From: Chiloscyllium plagiosum
Taxonomy: Eukaryota
Length of the DNA: 62,955 nucleotides
Direction of reading: 5' to 3'
Assembly: GCF_004010195.1 (NCBI RefSeq)
Contig: NC_057711.1
Location: 74,220,870 to 74,283,824 of the forward strand
The position numbers and the translations under genes were made by a program. How positions within the stretch are numbered: position 1 is the first letter of the stretch; every line of letters begins with the position of its first letter. Below are positions 48,656 through 59,400 of this stretch, piece after piece. Below the pieces are notes generated by a model that made no database searches, had not been told where the DNA came from, and was given only the letters and a program-made list of their open reading frames with translations.

Positions 48656-50147
48656 GCATTAAATTTTCCATCCTTACTTGATGATGCTAGGTGTAGCTGG
48701 AGAGATTGATTTATGATGGTTGCCTGTAGGTCATGTTACTTTTCCAAGATAGAAAATGTTAATTTTTGGGGTTTGAACAACAAGATGCTGAATGTTTCAG
48801 GTTCTGGCCTTGTACCAGAGTGGAGGTGAAGAGTTAGCAGAAAGAGAATCTCCAATGATGAGTCTGGTAATGTCAGAATCATCTGCATAGTTGTTGTTTA
48901 GCAATGAATTCATAAACTATCAACATTCAGAATTTTTAATAATAAAACATGGTTTTATGCTGCATCTTCTTACATTACATATTTATAAATATAGTTACTA
49001 GCTGATGCCAATCATGCTCCGTTGTTCTTTTTTGCTTTCATTGATTTTTTTTCCTTGCTTATTTCTGAAATGTTGCCCATCAAACAATTTTTGCTGTGAT
49101 CTACCTATCCTCTTCTTTGACTTCTTCTTATGTTTTATTTTTCCTTAGGTGCTCACCACAGTCAGATTTTTTTGAAGTAAGATGATCAAATATTCGGAAC
49201 TTCTGGGATTATGGGAATATTATACCTTGGAACTGAACCAGACATAGATGAATAACATAGGCTTTAATATTAGAGAGAAATTTTGGAACTTTGTTTGACT
49301 GCTTTTGGAAGTGAGGAGAATTTTGGCAGGATATTTTCTCAGGCGATTAAATAAATTGGGTTTTTGTCCATGATTGGGCAAGAAATGAGCATGCTTTGGA
49401 CTGATAGTTTTTTTTTCCCCATTTTTCTACCTTAAGTTACCTCAAGGGCAATGTGTATTCCCATTATTCTTAATCATTGCTTTTGACTGGGCTGTGAAAT
49501 CTCAGTTATTTTGGTGTGATGCTGTCACATAATAGCAGGATCAGTCGGAAAGACTTGCACCAGACAATTATCTCGCAAAATTTGTTCAGATAGCTCTTGG
49601 AAACATAAAAACATCCCATGCAATATTACTAATGAAACTATTGATACATCTAAAAAAGTACAAGAATCATTTTGTCTGTCAGTAAGTTGTTTAACAATAT
49701 AATTTATTTCAAAAGCACTTATACAATCCAAGCTGAAAACACATGGTGTAATCTTAATTTATTTGACATCAGAGCAATTAAGGTAAGTAACCAATTCAAC
49801 ATCAATCATACATGTTTAAAGAAACCTAACTGATGGGTTTTAACTGAGTTTTTAAATTAAATACTTGCCATTCCATTGAACATTCTATTTAGTTTGGAAT
49901 TATGATGAGCAAGGTGTGAATTGATGGATATAATTTGGTAAAAAGAATACATTGTATGGTCTGGCACCTATCATCCCCTACTGGGTGTGCTTTGAGCGAG
50001 AGGACATTTAAAAAGTAGAAACCATTCTCAACATTGTTCCCGTAATATGGGAATATAAGGCTATCTTCCCCCACACTCCACTTTGCCATGGGCTGAATGA
50101 GGCAGTGTCCTGTGTGCCTGCGGGGCACTTGTCCCCAACTTAAGATC

Positions 50148-50690
50148 GGGAGGGAGAAAGTGAGAACTGCAGATGCTGGAAATCAGAGTCGAGAGTGTGG
50201 TGCTGGAAAAACACAGCAGGCCAGGCAGCATCCGGGGAGCAGGAGAATCAATGTTTTGGGCTTAAGCCCTTCATGAGGAATGCAGCTTGTGGGCCTGGGG
50301 GCTGAAAGATAAATGGGATGAGAGGTGGGGCTGGGGGGAAGGAAGCTGGGAATGCAATAAGTAGATGAAGGTGAGGGAGAAGGTGATAGGTCAGAAGGAG
50401 AGTGAAGCAGATAGACCCGTCCGCCGTCTTTCCCATCTATCTGCTCCACCCTCCTTCCGACCTATCACCTTCTCCCTCACCTTCATTTACCTATTCCATT
50501 CCCAGCTACCTTCTCTCCAGTCCCAACGCTCCCCCCCACACTCCCCCCACCACCCCCATCCCATTTTTCTCTCAGCTCAGCCCCAGCCCACAAGCTTCAT
50601 TCTGATGTAGGGCTTATGCCTGAAATGTCGATTCTCCTGTCCTCGGATGCTGCCTGGCCTGCTGTGCTTTTCCAGTACCACAGTCTCAAC
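50148..50690. mobile_element. Fold-back PLE mini-insertion (family A)
   Basis: Inverted arms at ~50190-50414 and ~50433-50690. Perfect 15-bp TSD CCCCAACTTAAGATC at 50133-47 and 50691-705. Each arm has a degenerate hammerhead. Confidence 0.92.
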
Positions 50691-51782
50691 CCCCAACTTA
50701 AGATCCTACAATATCCCCTCCTTATGCCTCTCTGCTGAGCCTTCAAAACCTGTTCCCCATGTTGTACAAGATAATCATTCCAAAAGAATGATTATTTAAG
50801 CTATACTGAATTCTACCCACTTCTGATGGTGTTACACAGCCTTTGATTGGAGAATTGATTGGAGGCTGCTGCAATCTTCTGATGAAGGGACATATGTCTT
50901 CTCTACCTTTTCTTAGAAACAGTAGATATGCATCTGAATTCATACAACCTGTATTTAATTACTGAGATGTAAGAAACTACATCTAAGATAAGAGTCTGAA
51001 CTGCTGAAATGTCATTGTAGTCCATCCTCGACCACAGATTAATGAACAACCCATTAGACTAACACAGGAAGCAAGATCAATGGCAGCATTCCATTCCAAC
51101 CAAATGACAGTTGGCACCCAGGCACCACATTACATTATGACACCTTACCTACCCGACAGCCAGATCCAGCATTTCCAATCCATCCCCGCACATTGAACCA
51201 CAGACACACTCTGCCCATGACCTCTTTGTAGGCCTCTTTATAGTCCTTGCAGCACTTACTGCACTCTTTTGGTCCATTTTTTAAGGGAGGTTTTTTTTTG
51301 CCTTGTGGGATTATGATATTGTGGCAGTAGCAGAGAACTAGCTCAAAGAAGCACTGATCTGAGTATTAAATTCCTGCTTACAGTGTGTTCAAGAAAGATA
51401 GAAAAGGGAATTGGATGTTTCTTTGGTCAAAGAGTGCTGGGGTAGAGCTACTTAGATGAAAACTAACTTACTGTAGTACTAACCGTTAAATATTAAATCC
51501 CCCAGCACTCCTCCGCTCCAAAGTCCATTGTCTTTGGTCTATCTATGCCAACCAATGCTAAACCAAGCTTCCCATTCACCCTCAGTGGCCTTTAAAACCT
51601 TCACATCAACTTATTGCCTTCTACCGTCCCTCCTGGAGATAACTGCACTGATGGCAATTATTATCAACTGTTGCCAACTTGTCAGGAACTTACTAGACTT
51701 TAAGGCTAAAAAGGGTGACAAAACACTTTGAAAGTTTTCATTTGATCAAAGAAACCTAGCACAATTTGTAAATGGTAAATTA

Positions 51783-51921
51783 CATGAATTTAATACTGAA
51801 GAAGGGCTTATGACCGAAACGTCGACTCTCTTGCTTCTTTGATGCTACCTGACCTGCTGTGCTTTTCCAGCAACACATTTTTCAGCCCTGATCTCCAGCA
51901 TCTGCAGTCCTCACTTTCTCC
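51783..51921 (+). mobile_element. 139-bp PLE pLTR insertion (family A)
   Basis: Perfect 14-bp TSD TAAATGGTAAATTA at 51769-82 and 51922-35. Confidence 0.9.
51796..51825 (+). ncRNA. Hammerhead ribozyme core
   Basis: CTGAAGA-A-GGGC TTAT GACC-GAAA-CGTC. Catalytic boxes, ACGT palindrome and GUC site are intact; the 5' strand of stem I is lost. Confidence 0.65.
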
Positions 51922-51962
51922 TAAATGGTAAATTATGCCTGAATAACCTGACTAAATGTTTT

Positions 51963-52890
51963 ATAGAGTCATAGAGATATACAGCACAGAAACAGACCTT
52001 TAATCCAACTCTCCATGTCGACCAAATATCCTAAATTAATCTAGTTCCATTTGCTGGCATTTTGCTTCTATCCCTCTAAGCCCTTCCTATTCATGTACCC
52101 AGCCAGATGCTTTTTAAATGTTGTAATTGTATCAGCCTCCACCACTTCCTTTTGCAGCTCATTTCACACATGCACCACCTTCTGAGTGAAAAAGTTTTCC
52201 CTCTCACCTTAAACCTACACCCTCTAATTTTGGACTCTCTTACCCTAGGAAAAAGACCTTGGTTATTCACCCTATCCAAGTCCCTCAGGATTTTATAAAC
52301 TTCTACAAGATCACCCCTCAATCTCCAGGGAAATTGCTCCAGAGAAAACAGCCCCAGCCTATTCAGCCTCTCCTTGTAGCTCAAACCCTTCAACCCTGAC
52401 AACATCCTTGTAAATCTTTTCTGAACCCTTTCAAGTTTCACACAATCTTTCCTGCGGCAGGGAGACCAAAATTGAATGCAGTATTCCGAAAGTGTCCTAA
52501 CCATGTACAGCCACAACATGGTATCCCAGTTCCTATACTCCCTGCTTGACCAATAAAGGAAGGCATACTAAACGTCTTCTTCACCACCCTGTCTACTTAC
52601 GACACAACCTTCAAGAAACTATGAACCTACACTGCAAGGTCTCTTCACGACTTACCATTTAATGTATAAATCCTTCCCTGGTTTGCCTTACCAAAATTCA
52701 ATTCTTTAGATTCATCTAAATTAAACTCCATCTGCCATTCCTCAACCCACCAGCTCATCTGATTAAGGTCCCATTGTACATTGATCTAACGTTCTTTACT
52801 GTCCACTACACCACCAATTTTGGTGATATCTGCAAACTTACTAAGAATTCCTCCTATATTTACTTCAAAATTATTTATATAAATGATGAG
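51963..52890 (-). mobile_element. CR1 3' fragment
   Basis: ORFs 52091-52519 and 52786-52983 (SKFADITKIGGVVDS), with a (CTCTATGA)n tail on minus. Confidence 0.92.
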
Positions 52891-54374
52891 TTTGCTTCCA
52901 CTGGCAGGTGAAACTTGAAGTAGGGGGCATAGAGTCAAAGTAAGGGAGACCCATCCCCTTACCCTATATCTGTAACCCTGCAATTCCCATCCTTACATGC
53001 AATTTCCCTTCCAAGTTGCTCACCATCTGACTTGAAAATACATTGCCAGTGTCAGTGTCACAATGCTGGTTCTTCCTGCATGCCAGTGTTATGGGTGTGG
53101 CTATACCAAATAGTGCGGCATTTACAAAAGGCAGCACATTACCACTTTCTTGTAGGCAATTGGGGATGGCCAAGAAATGCTCTCCCAGCTGTTGATGGCC
53201 TCAACACCTGAATCAATATAGTTTTTAAAAATAGTACAGCAAGAATCCAATGGAGGGAGTTAAGCAGGCCTCTGTGAATGAATTTCCATGCTGTACAATG
53301 AAAGTCAAATTGCCTTTGGCAGGTGCATGAGAACCATAAGACCAAAAGGTATAGGAGAAAACTTAGGCCATTTGGCCCATCAATCTGCTCTACCATTTGA
53401 TCCTGGCTGATACATTTCTCAACCTCATTCTTTTGCCTTCTTCCTGTAACCTTTGATTCCGTACTAATCAAGAATTTGCCTGTTTGTGTCTTCAATGGCT
53501 TGGCCTCCACAGCCTTCTGGAGCAATGAGTTCCATAGATTTATCATGCTGTGGCTGAAGAAATTCCTCCTCATCTCAGTTCTAAACAGTCATTCTCTAAG
53601 GCTATGCCCTTTTGTCCGAGTCTCTCCTTCTATTGAAAACATCTTTTCCACATCCACTTTATCCAGGCATCTCAGTATTCTGCAAGTTTCAATATGACAA
53701 ATACTTCATGCCCAGGATCATTCTTGTAAACCTCCTCTGGACTCGCTCTAAGTCCACCGCATCCTTCCTCAGATTGGGAACCCAAAACTGCTCAAACTAT
53801 TCCACACGAGGTCTGACCAGAGCTTTATACAACCCCAGCAGTACATTTCTGCTCTTGTACTTGAGCCCTCACAAAATGAATGTAAACATTGCCTTCCTAA
53901 CTGGCAACTGAACTTGCTCATTTACCTTAAGAGAATCCTGAAGCAGAACTCCTGAGTCCTTTAGTCTTTCAGATTTTCAAAGCCTTTCCCCTTTTTGATA
54001 ATAGTCTATTCCTCTATTCTTCCTACCAAAGTGCATAACCATATACATCCCCACATTGTATAATATCTGCCAATTCTTGTCCCACTCTTTAGCCTGTCCA
54101 GATTCTTCTGCAACTCCCTGCCTCCTCAACACTACCTGTCATTCCACCTATCTTTGTGTCATTTACAAATCTAGCAACAATGCCCTCAGTTCCTTTGCCC
54201 AGATCATTAATGTATAACGTGAATAGCCACGGTCCCAACATTGAACCCTGTGGAACTCCACTACGTACAGGCTGCCACCCTGATAAAGATCACTATATCC
54301 CCACTCCCTGCCTTCTGCCAGTCAGCCAATCCTCAATCCATGCTAGGACCTTGCCCCAAACAACATGATCACTT

Positions 54375-54970
54375 TGAGAAATTAAGGACTGCAGATGTTG
54401 GAAGTCAGAGTCGAAGAAAAGTGGAGCTGGAAAGGCACAGCATTGGAGGAGCAGGAAAGTCAATGTTTTGGGTTAGGACCCATCATCAGGACCCTCATGA
54501 GAATCTATCAGCAGTCCTTACTATATCCAAATCCCTGAAAACCAGACTGTGAAGCCTCTTCCAAGGATGCCCACCTTGAAGAAGTTTTCCTCCTCTCTCT
54601 AAGATCTCAGTGGGTCTCTCTCCCAGTGCAACCTCCAGGTTACTTCCTCCACTCTGAAGCCCTTCAACCACATCCTGAAACAAACCTATTACTACAGCCA
54701 CGTCTCCTTCCTCAGCACCTGTCTACACAGCCAACCTAACCCCTGTGGACTCCAGACAACATTTGGACCATCTTAATTCTGACCAAACCGCGACAACTGT
54801 TATCTACAGTACCTCCAGAACCTCCTTACCAATCCTCAGCTCTACACTTGCAGCAATGAGGTGACATCTCCTCTCACTACAGTCAGCCCTGCCCCAGCTC
54901 AGAGCATCTCTCTCCCAGACCTGCAAAGGACCTGTATTGTTCTTTATTCTTAGAAGGATCCACACCCTCA
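54375..54970 (+). mobile_element. PLE 5' fragment: inverted pLTR (54375-54495, minus) plus ORF N-terminus
   Basis: Plus strand FNHILKQTYYYSHVSFLSTCLHSQPNPCGL...LAAMR*HL...FILRRIHTLN (PLE N-terminal FLxxC motif). Minus-strand hammerhead GTC-CTGATGA-T-GGGT CCTA ACCC-AAAA-CATT-GAC. Confidence 0.7.
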
Positions 54971-54982
54971 ATAATTTAATAT

Positions 54983-55269
54983 TGCAGCCTTACAGCAACA
55001 GGGACCTGGGTTCGATTCCAAGCTCAGGGGACTGTATGTGTGGAGTTTCCACATTCTCCTCGCGTCTGCATGGGTTTCCTCAGGGTACTCCGGTTGCCTC
55101 CCACAATCCAAAGATGTGCAGGTCAGGCGGATTGGCCATGCTATATTACCCATAGTGTTAGGTGCATTAGTCAGATGGAAATGGGTCTGAGTGGGGTACT
55201 CTTCAGAGGGTTGGGCCAAATGGCTTGTTTACACACTGTAGGGAATCTAATCCAATCTAATCTAAAAAA
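54983..55269 (+). mobile_element. HE1-like SINE, 5'-truncated
   Basis: B box GGTTCGATTCC, V-core and (AATCT)n tail. Confidence 0.9.
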
Positions 55270-56246
55270 TGCTTTTTCCCTATCAGACATCAAAGATCGT
55301 AAGTACGCCAAGCTGAGGGTCTGTGGTGGAATGAAGAGTGCGTTTGGCTTCCATGGTGTTGCTAAAAGTCATCATGATCTCTTACTTTTTTTGCAAACTC
55401 CTGAGTAGCACTTTGTCAAAAGCCTTCTGGAATTCCAAAGAGATCACGTCCACTGACTCTCCTTTGTCTAACTTGGTCATGACTTCCCCAAAGTATTACA
55501 ATAGATTTTTCAGGTATGACCTCCTCTTGGAAGAAGCCTGCTTTTACTGTGCACTTCCAAGTACTCCACAATCTCTCTTTAATAATGGACTCTAAAATTC
55601 TAACAAAGACCAAGGTCATGCTAACTGGCCTACAGTTTCCTGTCTTCTGCCTCCCTCTCTTCTTAAACATGGTGTTACATTTGCCATTTTCCAGTCCAAT
55701 GGGACCATCCCTGTCTCCAGTGATTCCTCGAGGATCACTGTCAATGTCTGTATAATTGCCTCAGTATTGCCTTCAGAACTCTGGGGTGTATTTCATATGG
55801 TCTGAATGATTTATCCACCTTCAGGCCTTTCAGATTCTCCAGGATCTTCTCTTTAATGATGGCCACTACACTCATGTTTTCCCCCTGACTCTCTTGATGG
55901 ATGTGTGCTACTGGTGTCACTGTGAAGTCTGATGCAAAATGCCTATTCGGTTTGCTCCACATTACTACTTCTCCAGTCTCATATTCCAGCAGTCGAATGT
56001 CCACTTTTGTCTCTTTCTTACTTTTCATATCTCTTAAAAAACTCTATCAATCTTCTTTTATATTACTAGATAGTTTACTCTCATATTTCATCTTCTCTGT
56101 CCTTTTTTTTAGTTATCTTCTGTTGGTTTTTAAATGTTTCCCAATTCTCTGGCTTCCCATGAACATTGTATGCTTTTCTTTGCTTTTATGCAGTACCTGC
56201 TTCTCTTATTGGTCATGGTTGCCTCACCCTCCCTTTTAAAATGTTC

Positions 56247-56450
56247 AAAGTTAAAAATCACACAACACCAGCTTATAGTCCAACAGGTTTAATTGGAAGC
56301 ACACTAGCTTTCAGAGCGACATTCTCTGATGAAGGAGCGTCGCTCCGAAAACTAGTGTGCTTCCAATTAAACCTGTTGGACTATAACCTGGTGTTGTGTG
56401 ATTTTTAACTTTGTATACCCCAGTCCAACACCGGCATCTCCAAATCATGC
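56247..56450. mobile_element. 204-bp fold-back PLE mini-insertion (family B)
   Basis: 74-bp arms at 56247-56320 and 56339-56412, a 38-nt tail, and perfect TSD TTAAAATGTTC at 56236-46 and 56451-61. Confidence 0.95.
56326..56357 (+). ncRNA. Hammerhead ribozyme core at the apex of the fold-back
   Basis: CTGATGA-A-GGAGC GTC GCTCC-GAAA-ACTA-GTG. Stem II is perfect; stem I 5' strand is replaced by the junction and stem III has G to A. Confidence 0.65.
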
Positions 56451-59400
56451 TTAAAATGTTCCTTTTTCCTTGGAATGAATTTCTGTTTTGCCTCCCAAAT
56501 TTCCCCAGGCTTCCTTTCCAAAGAGCTCTGCCCAGCTCCTCCCTAATGCCTTTGTAATTATTTTTATTCGAATGTAATGCAATTACACCTGATTCCAGCT
56601 TCTCCCTTTCAAACTGCGGGGTGAACTCTGTCATATTATGGTCACTGCCCCTCCAGAGTTCCTTCACCTTAAGCTCCCTAATCAAGTCAACCTCATTAGA
56701 CATCAACAAATCCAGAATTGCATGCTCCCTCATGGGCTCTACATAAGCTGCTACAAATGTCGATCTCATGGACATTTCACAAATTCCTTTTCTTCGAAAG
56801 TCCCACCAACCTGCTTTTTCCAGTTCACCTACATATTGAAGTTCCCCTATCGTTGTAAAAATGTCTTTCTTGCATGCCTTTTCTATCTCTTGATTTATTT
56901 TCTGCCCTACATCCTGACTACTGCTAGGAGGCCTGTACATTGCTCCCAAAAAACTTGGATACTCACAACCCAGAAAGTGAAAACCAATGCATTTTATGGC
57001 TTTCTGTATGTTAGTCCAGATAACATTTACCACAACAATTCAGGTACTTTTGAGACAGCTGTCTTCTTGAACTGTATTAGCAGCCCTGACTATTTACATG
57101 GCTACAATGTCACACAGTCTGGTTTCTATGCTTACAGATGTTATACTGAGAGAATGGCTGAACACCGAGCAACAACTTTATATCAGATATGTTATGTCTT
57201 AAAGGTGCAGACATCTATTGCCATAATACAATAAAAACTGGTGATGCTAAAGCAAAATAATCAGCCATTTCTCAGTTGTGTTTCACAGGATGATAAAAAT
57301 AGGTTGCAAAATTGCATTCTGAGGAGCAGCAGTCAGAGTTGAATAATGTTACAGTATAATCTGAAGGACACAGATTTGTGATATTCTTTGTCAATTTAAT
57401 TTCAGCTCAACACTACCTATTTGACATTAGAGTCTGGATTGTCTATATATGATAGCAGCAGTATGATCTAAATGCAGCCAGAACTTTGTATGATGGAATA
57501 AAATGTCATTACTTTATTATGAGTAATTTTACAACACCCGGATATGAAACAGAATCAATGCAGCTCTGCATAAGAGCAGTATAACTCAGGTTTTATAATT
57601 TTTTAATGGTGCTCATACAAAAGCAGAGAAATGGAGGGATGCATTGACAGGTGCCAGAAGGAACCTTATTGCAAAAAAGCTTCCCTCAGCTATTTAATTG
57701 GATTGATTCCACTCATCACTTCCCTCTTTATTTGACCAACCTTTAGGTGTGCTTGCAGAACCTCATGACCTTGACTGAATTTTTCTGACAAAAAGATTTC
57801 TGCAGGCCGGCATCTTTTCAACAACATGGCATTCCCAAAGTCAAGACTGGGATTGTGTACTTCCTTCACTTTCTTGTTTTTTGCCATTTCATTAAAATCA
57901 TTAAAATCCTAAGTCCAGCAGTTTGAATGTAAAATGAATGCATTTATGTAGGTTTTGGGGAGGGCATGATGGGAACTTTTGATAAAACTTGCCATCAGCT
58001 GACAATGCTGCAGCTACTGATGGTCTCTAAAGGGGTCTCCTTGCCTAAAAGGGAGCTGTGTATGATGGCTACAATTTTGCTGCCAAATGCCAATGCATGT
58101 CTTCTTTAAAACCTTCTCAAGCTGACCACATTCTGACCAGGCACACTGTCTGATGCTGCAGTCTGTATTGTTGGCCAGCAAAGTGCCCTCTTATGCTTTA
58201 TCTTCTTCTTGTACTCCCGAGGTTGCAGGGAAATTGAATGCATGAAACCCACAGGTATTCTAGCAGTTGAACTGAATGAAGAGGACAGGCAATTAGATAG
58301 AACATGTTTGCTCATGGATATCACCCATAAAACAGGTGAGCAGTGACATTTTTACCTCCTTCCATTGTTCATAATCAAAACTCTCCTCACTACGACTGAT
58401 ACCTCCCAATTTGATCTCCAATCCTGGCACCACAGGCTCTGTAGACAAATAGTTGTTGTAAGACTTGGTTTTGAAGCTGTTGCCTTCCATTCTCCTTCTG
58501 TCACCTTCACCCTTGGCACACATCACCCTTGGTCTTTCCAGCGTCATTTTATACCTTCCTTCTAAAATCCTTCAATCTTCCCCTCATTACCTTTGACCAT
58601 CATCCTCCAATTGTACTTGCCATTTCTTCCTCAAACTACAATTGTTGACATATTCCCTGCTTTGTTCCTAGACTTTTCCCATATCATACTTAGAGTGGTT
58701 GTTAAATCCCATGACCTATGAGACCTTTGATTATCACAAACTCAGATTATCTCAACCTCAGACTTGTGGTGCCTTCCTACTGTTGCATTCACTCCTGTGA
58801 ATGTTCCCTCTATCAATCAGCGCCCTGAGATGGACTGATATATGGGCAATATCAACCATAGGCCATTCACTTTCTTAACTGACTGCTCCCCACATGCAAG
58901 ACTCCAGGTCCTTCCCACTTAACTCACCTGAGCCCATCTTCCGAACTCTCCTGAATTACACTTCTTTTTCTCTATGGTTCTTTCTCCATTCTACCTCCCG
59001 TCTCACCACTGCCACACCCTTGCTGTTCCTGACCCTCTGTGGAATCTACCATTCCTCTGTTCTGCTGCAAAGATCAAAAAGAAAAGTTACTGACCTCAGA
59101 TACAACTATATAATGTTGACTGATCACACTGTCTTTGAACAATTGTGAACTGGGTGCAAAGAAATTCTCATGCACCACTTACTTTATCCTGAGGGTAGGA
59201 CTTAATTAAAAATTGTTTCATGCCATTGAGTAATTATGGAATGTGAATATACTACAAATGTGAGCCCACCACAGTGTAAAAGTACATTTTTAACACCTAA
59301 ACACACCTCGGACTTTATCTCTGCAGCTCACTGCAACTTGCTGCTGGAAAATTGAAACTTCGCAGGCCGCCTAATTAAGCCATTTATGTTCATGTTTCCC

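Larger units (their letters stand above)
53331..56945 (-). mobile_element. Long CR1 ORF2 (EN C-half to 3' UTR), interrupted at ~54366-55385 and 56247-56450
   Basis: MYRPPSS, ILDLLMSNE, GSDHNM (EN), FKKRGRQKTGNCRPVS, GVPQGSMLGP, FFSHSMINLWNSL. Confidence 0.9.

Noticed and set aside
56311..57234. Longest ORFs (240 aa minus, 198 aa plus) as host genes
   Set aside because: The minus ORF is a chimera of flank, CR1 endonuclease and the hairpin insertion. The plus ORF is largely its antisense shadow.
58135..58345. Plus-strand open frame ending at CAG|gtgagc
   Set aside because: Weak acceptor, no recognisable protein similarity, and it lies next to degenerate L2-like sequence.
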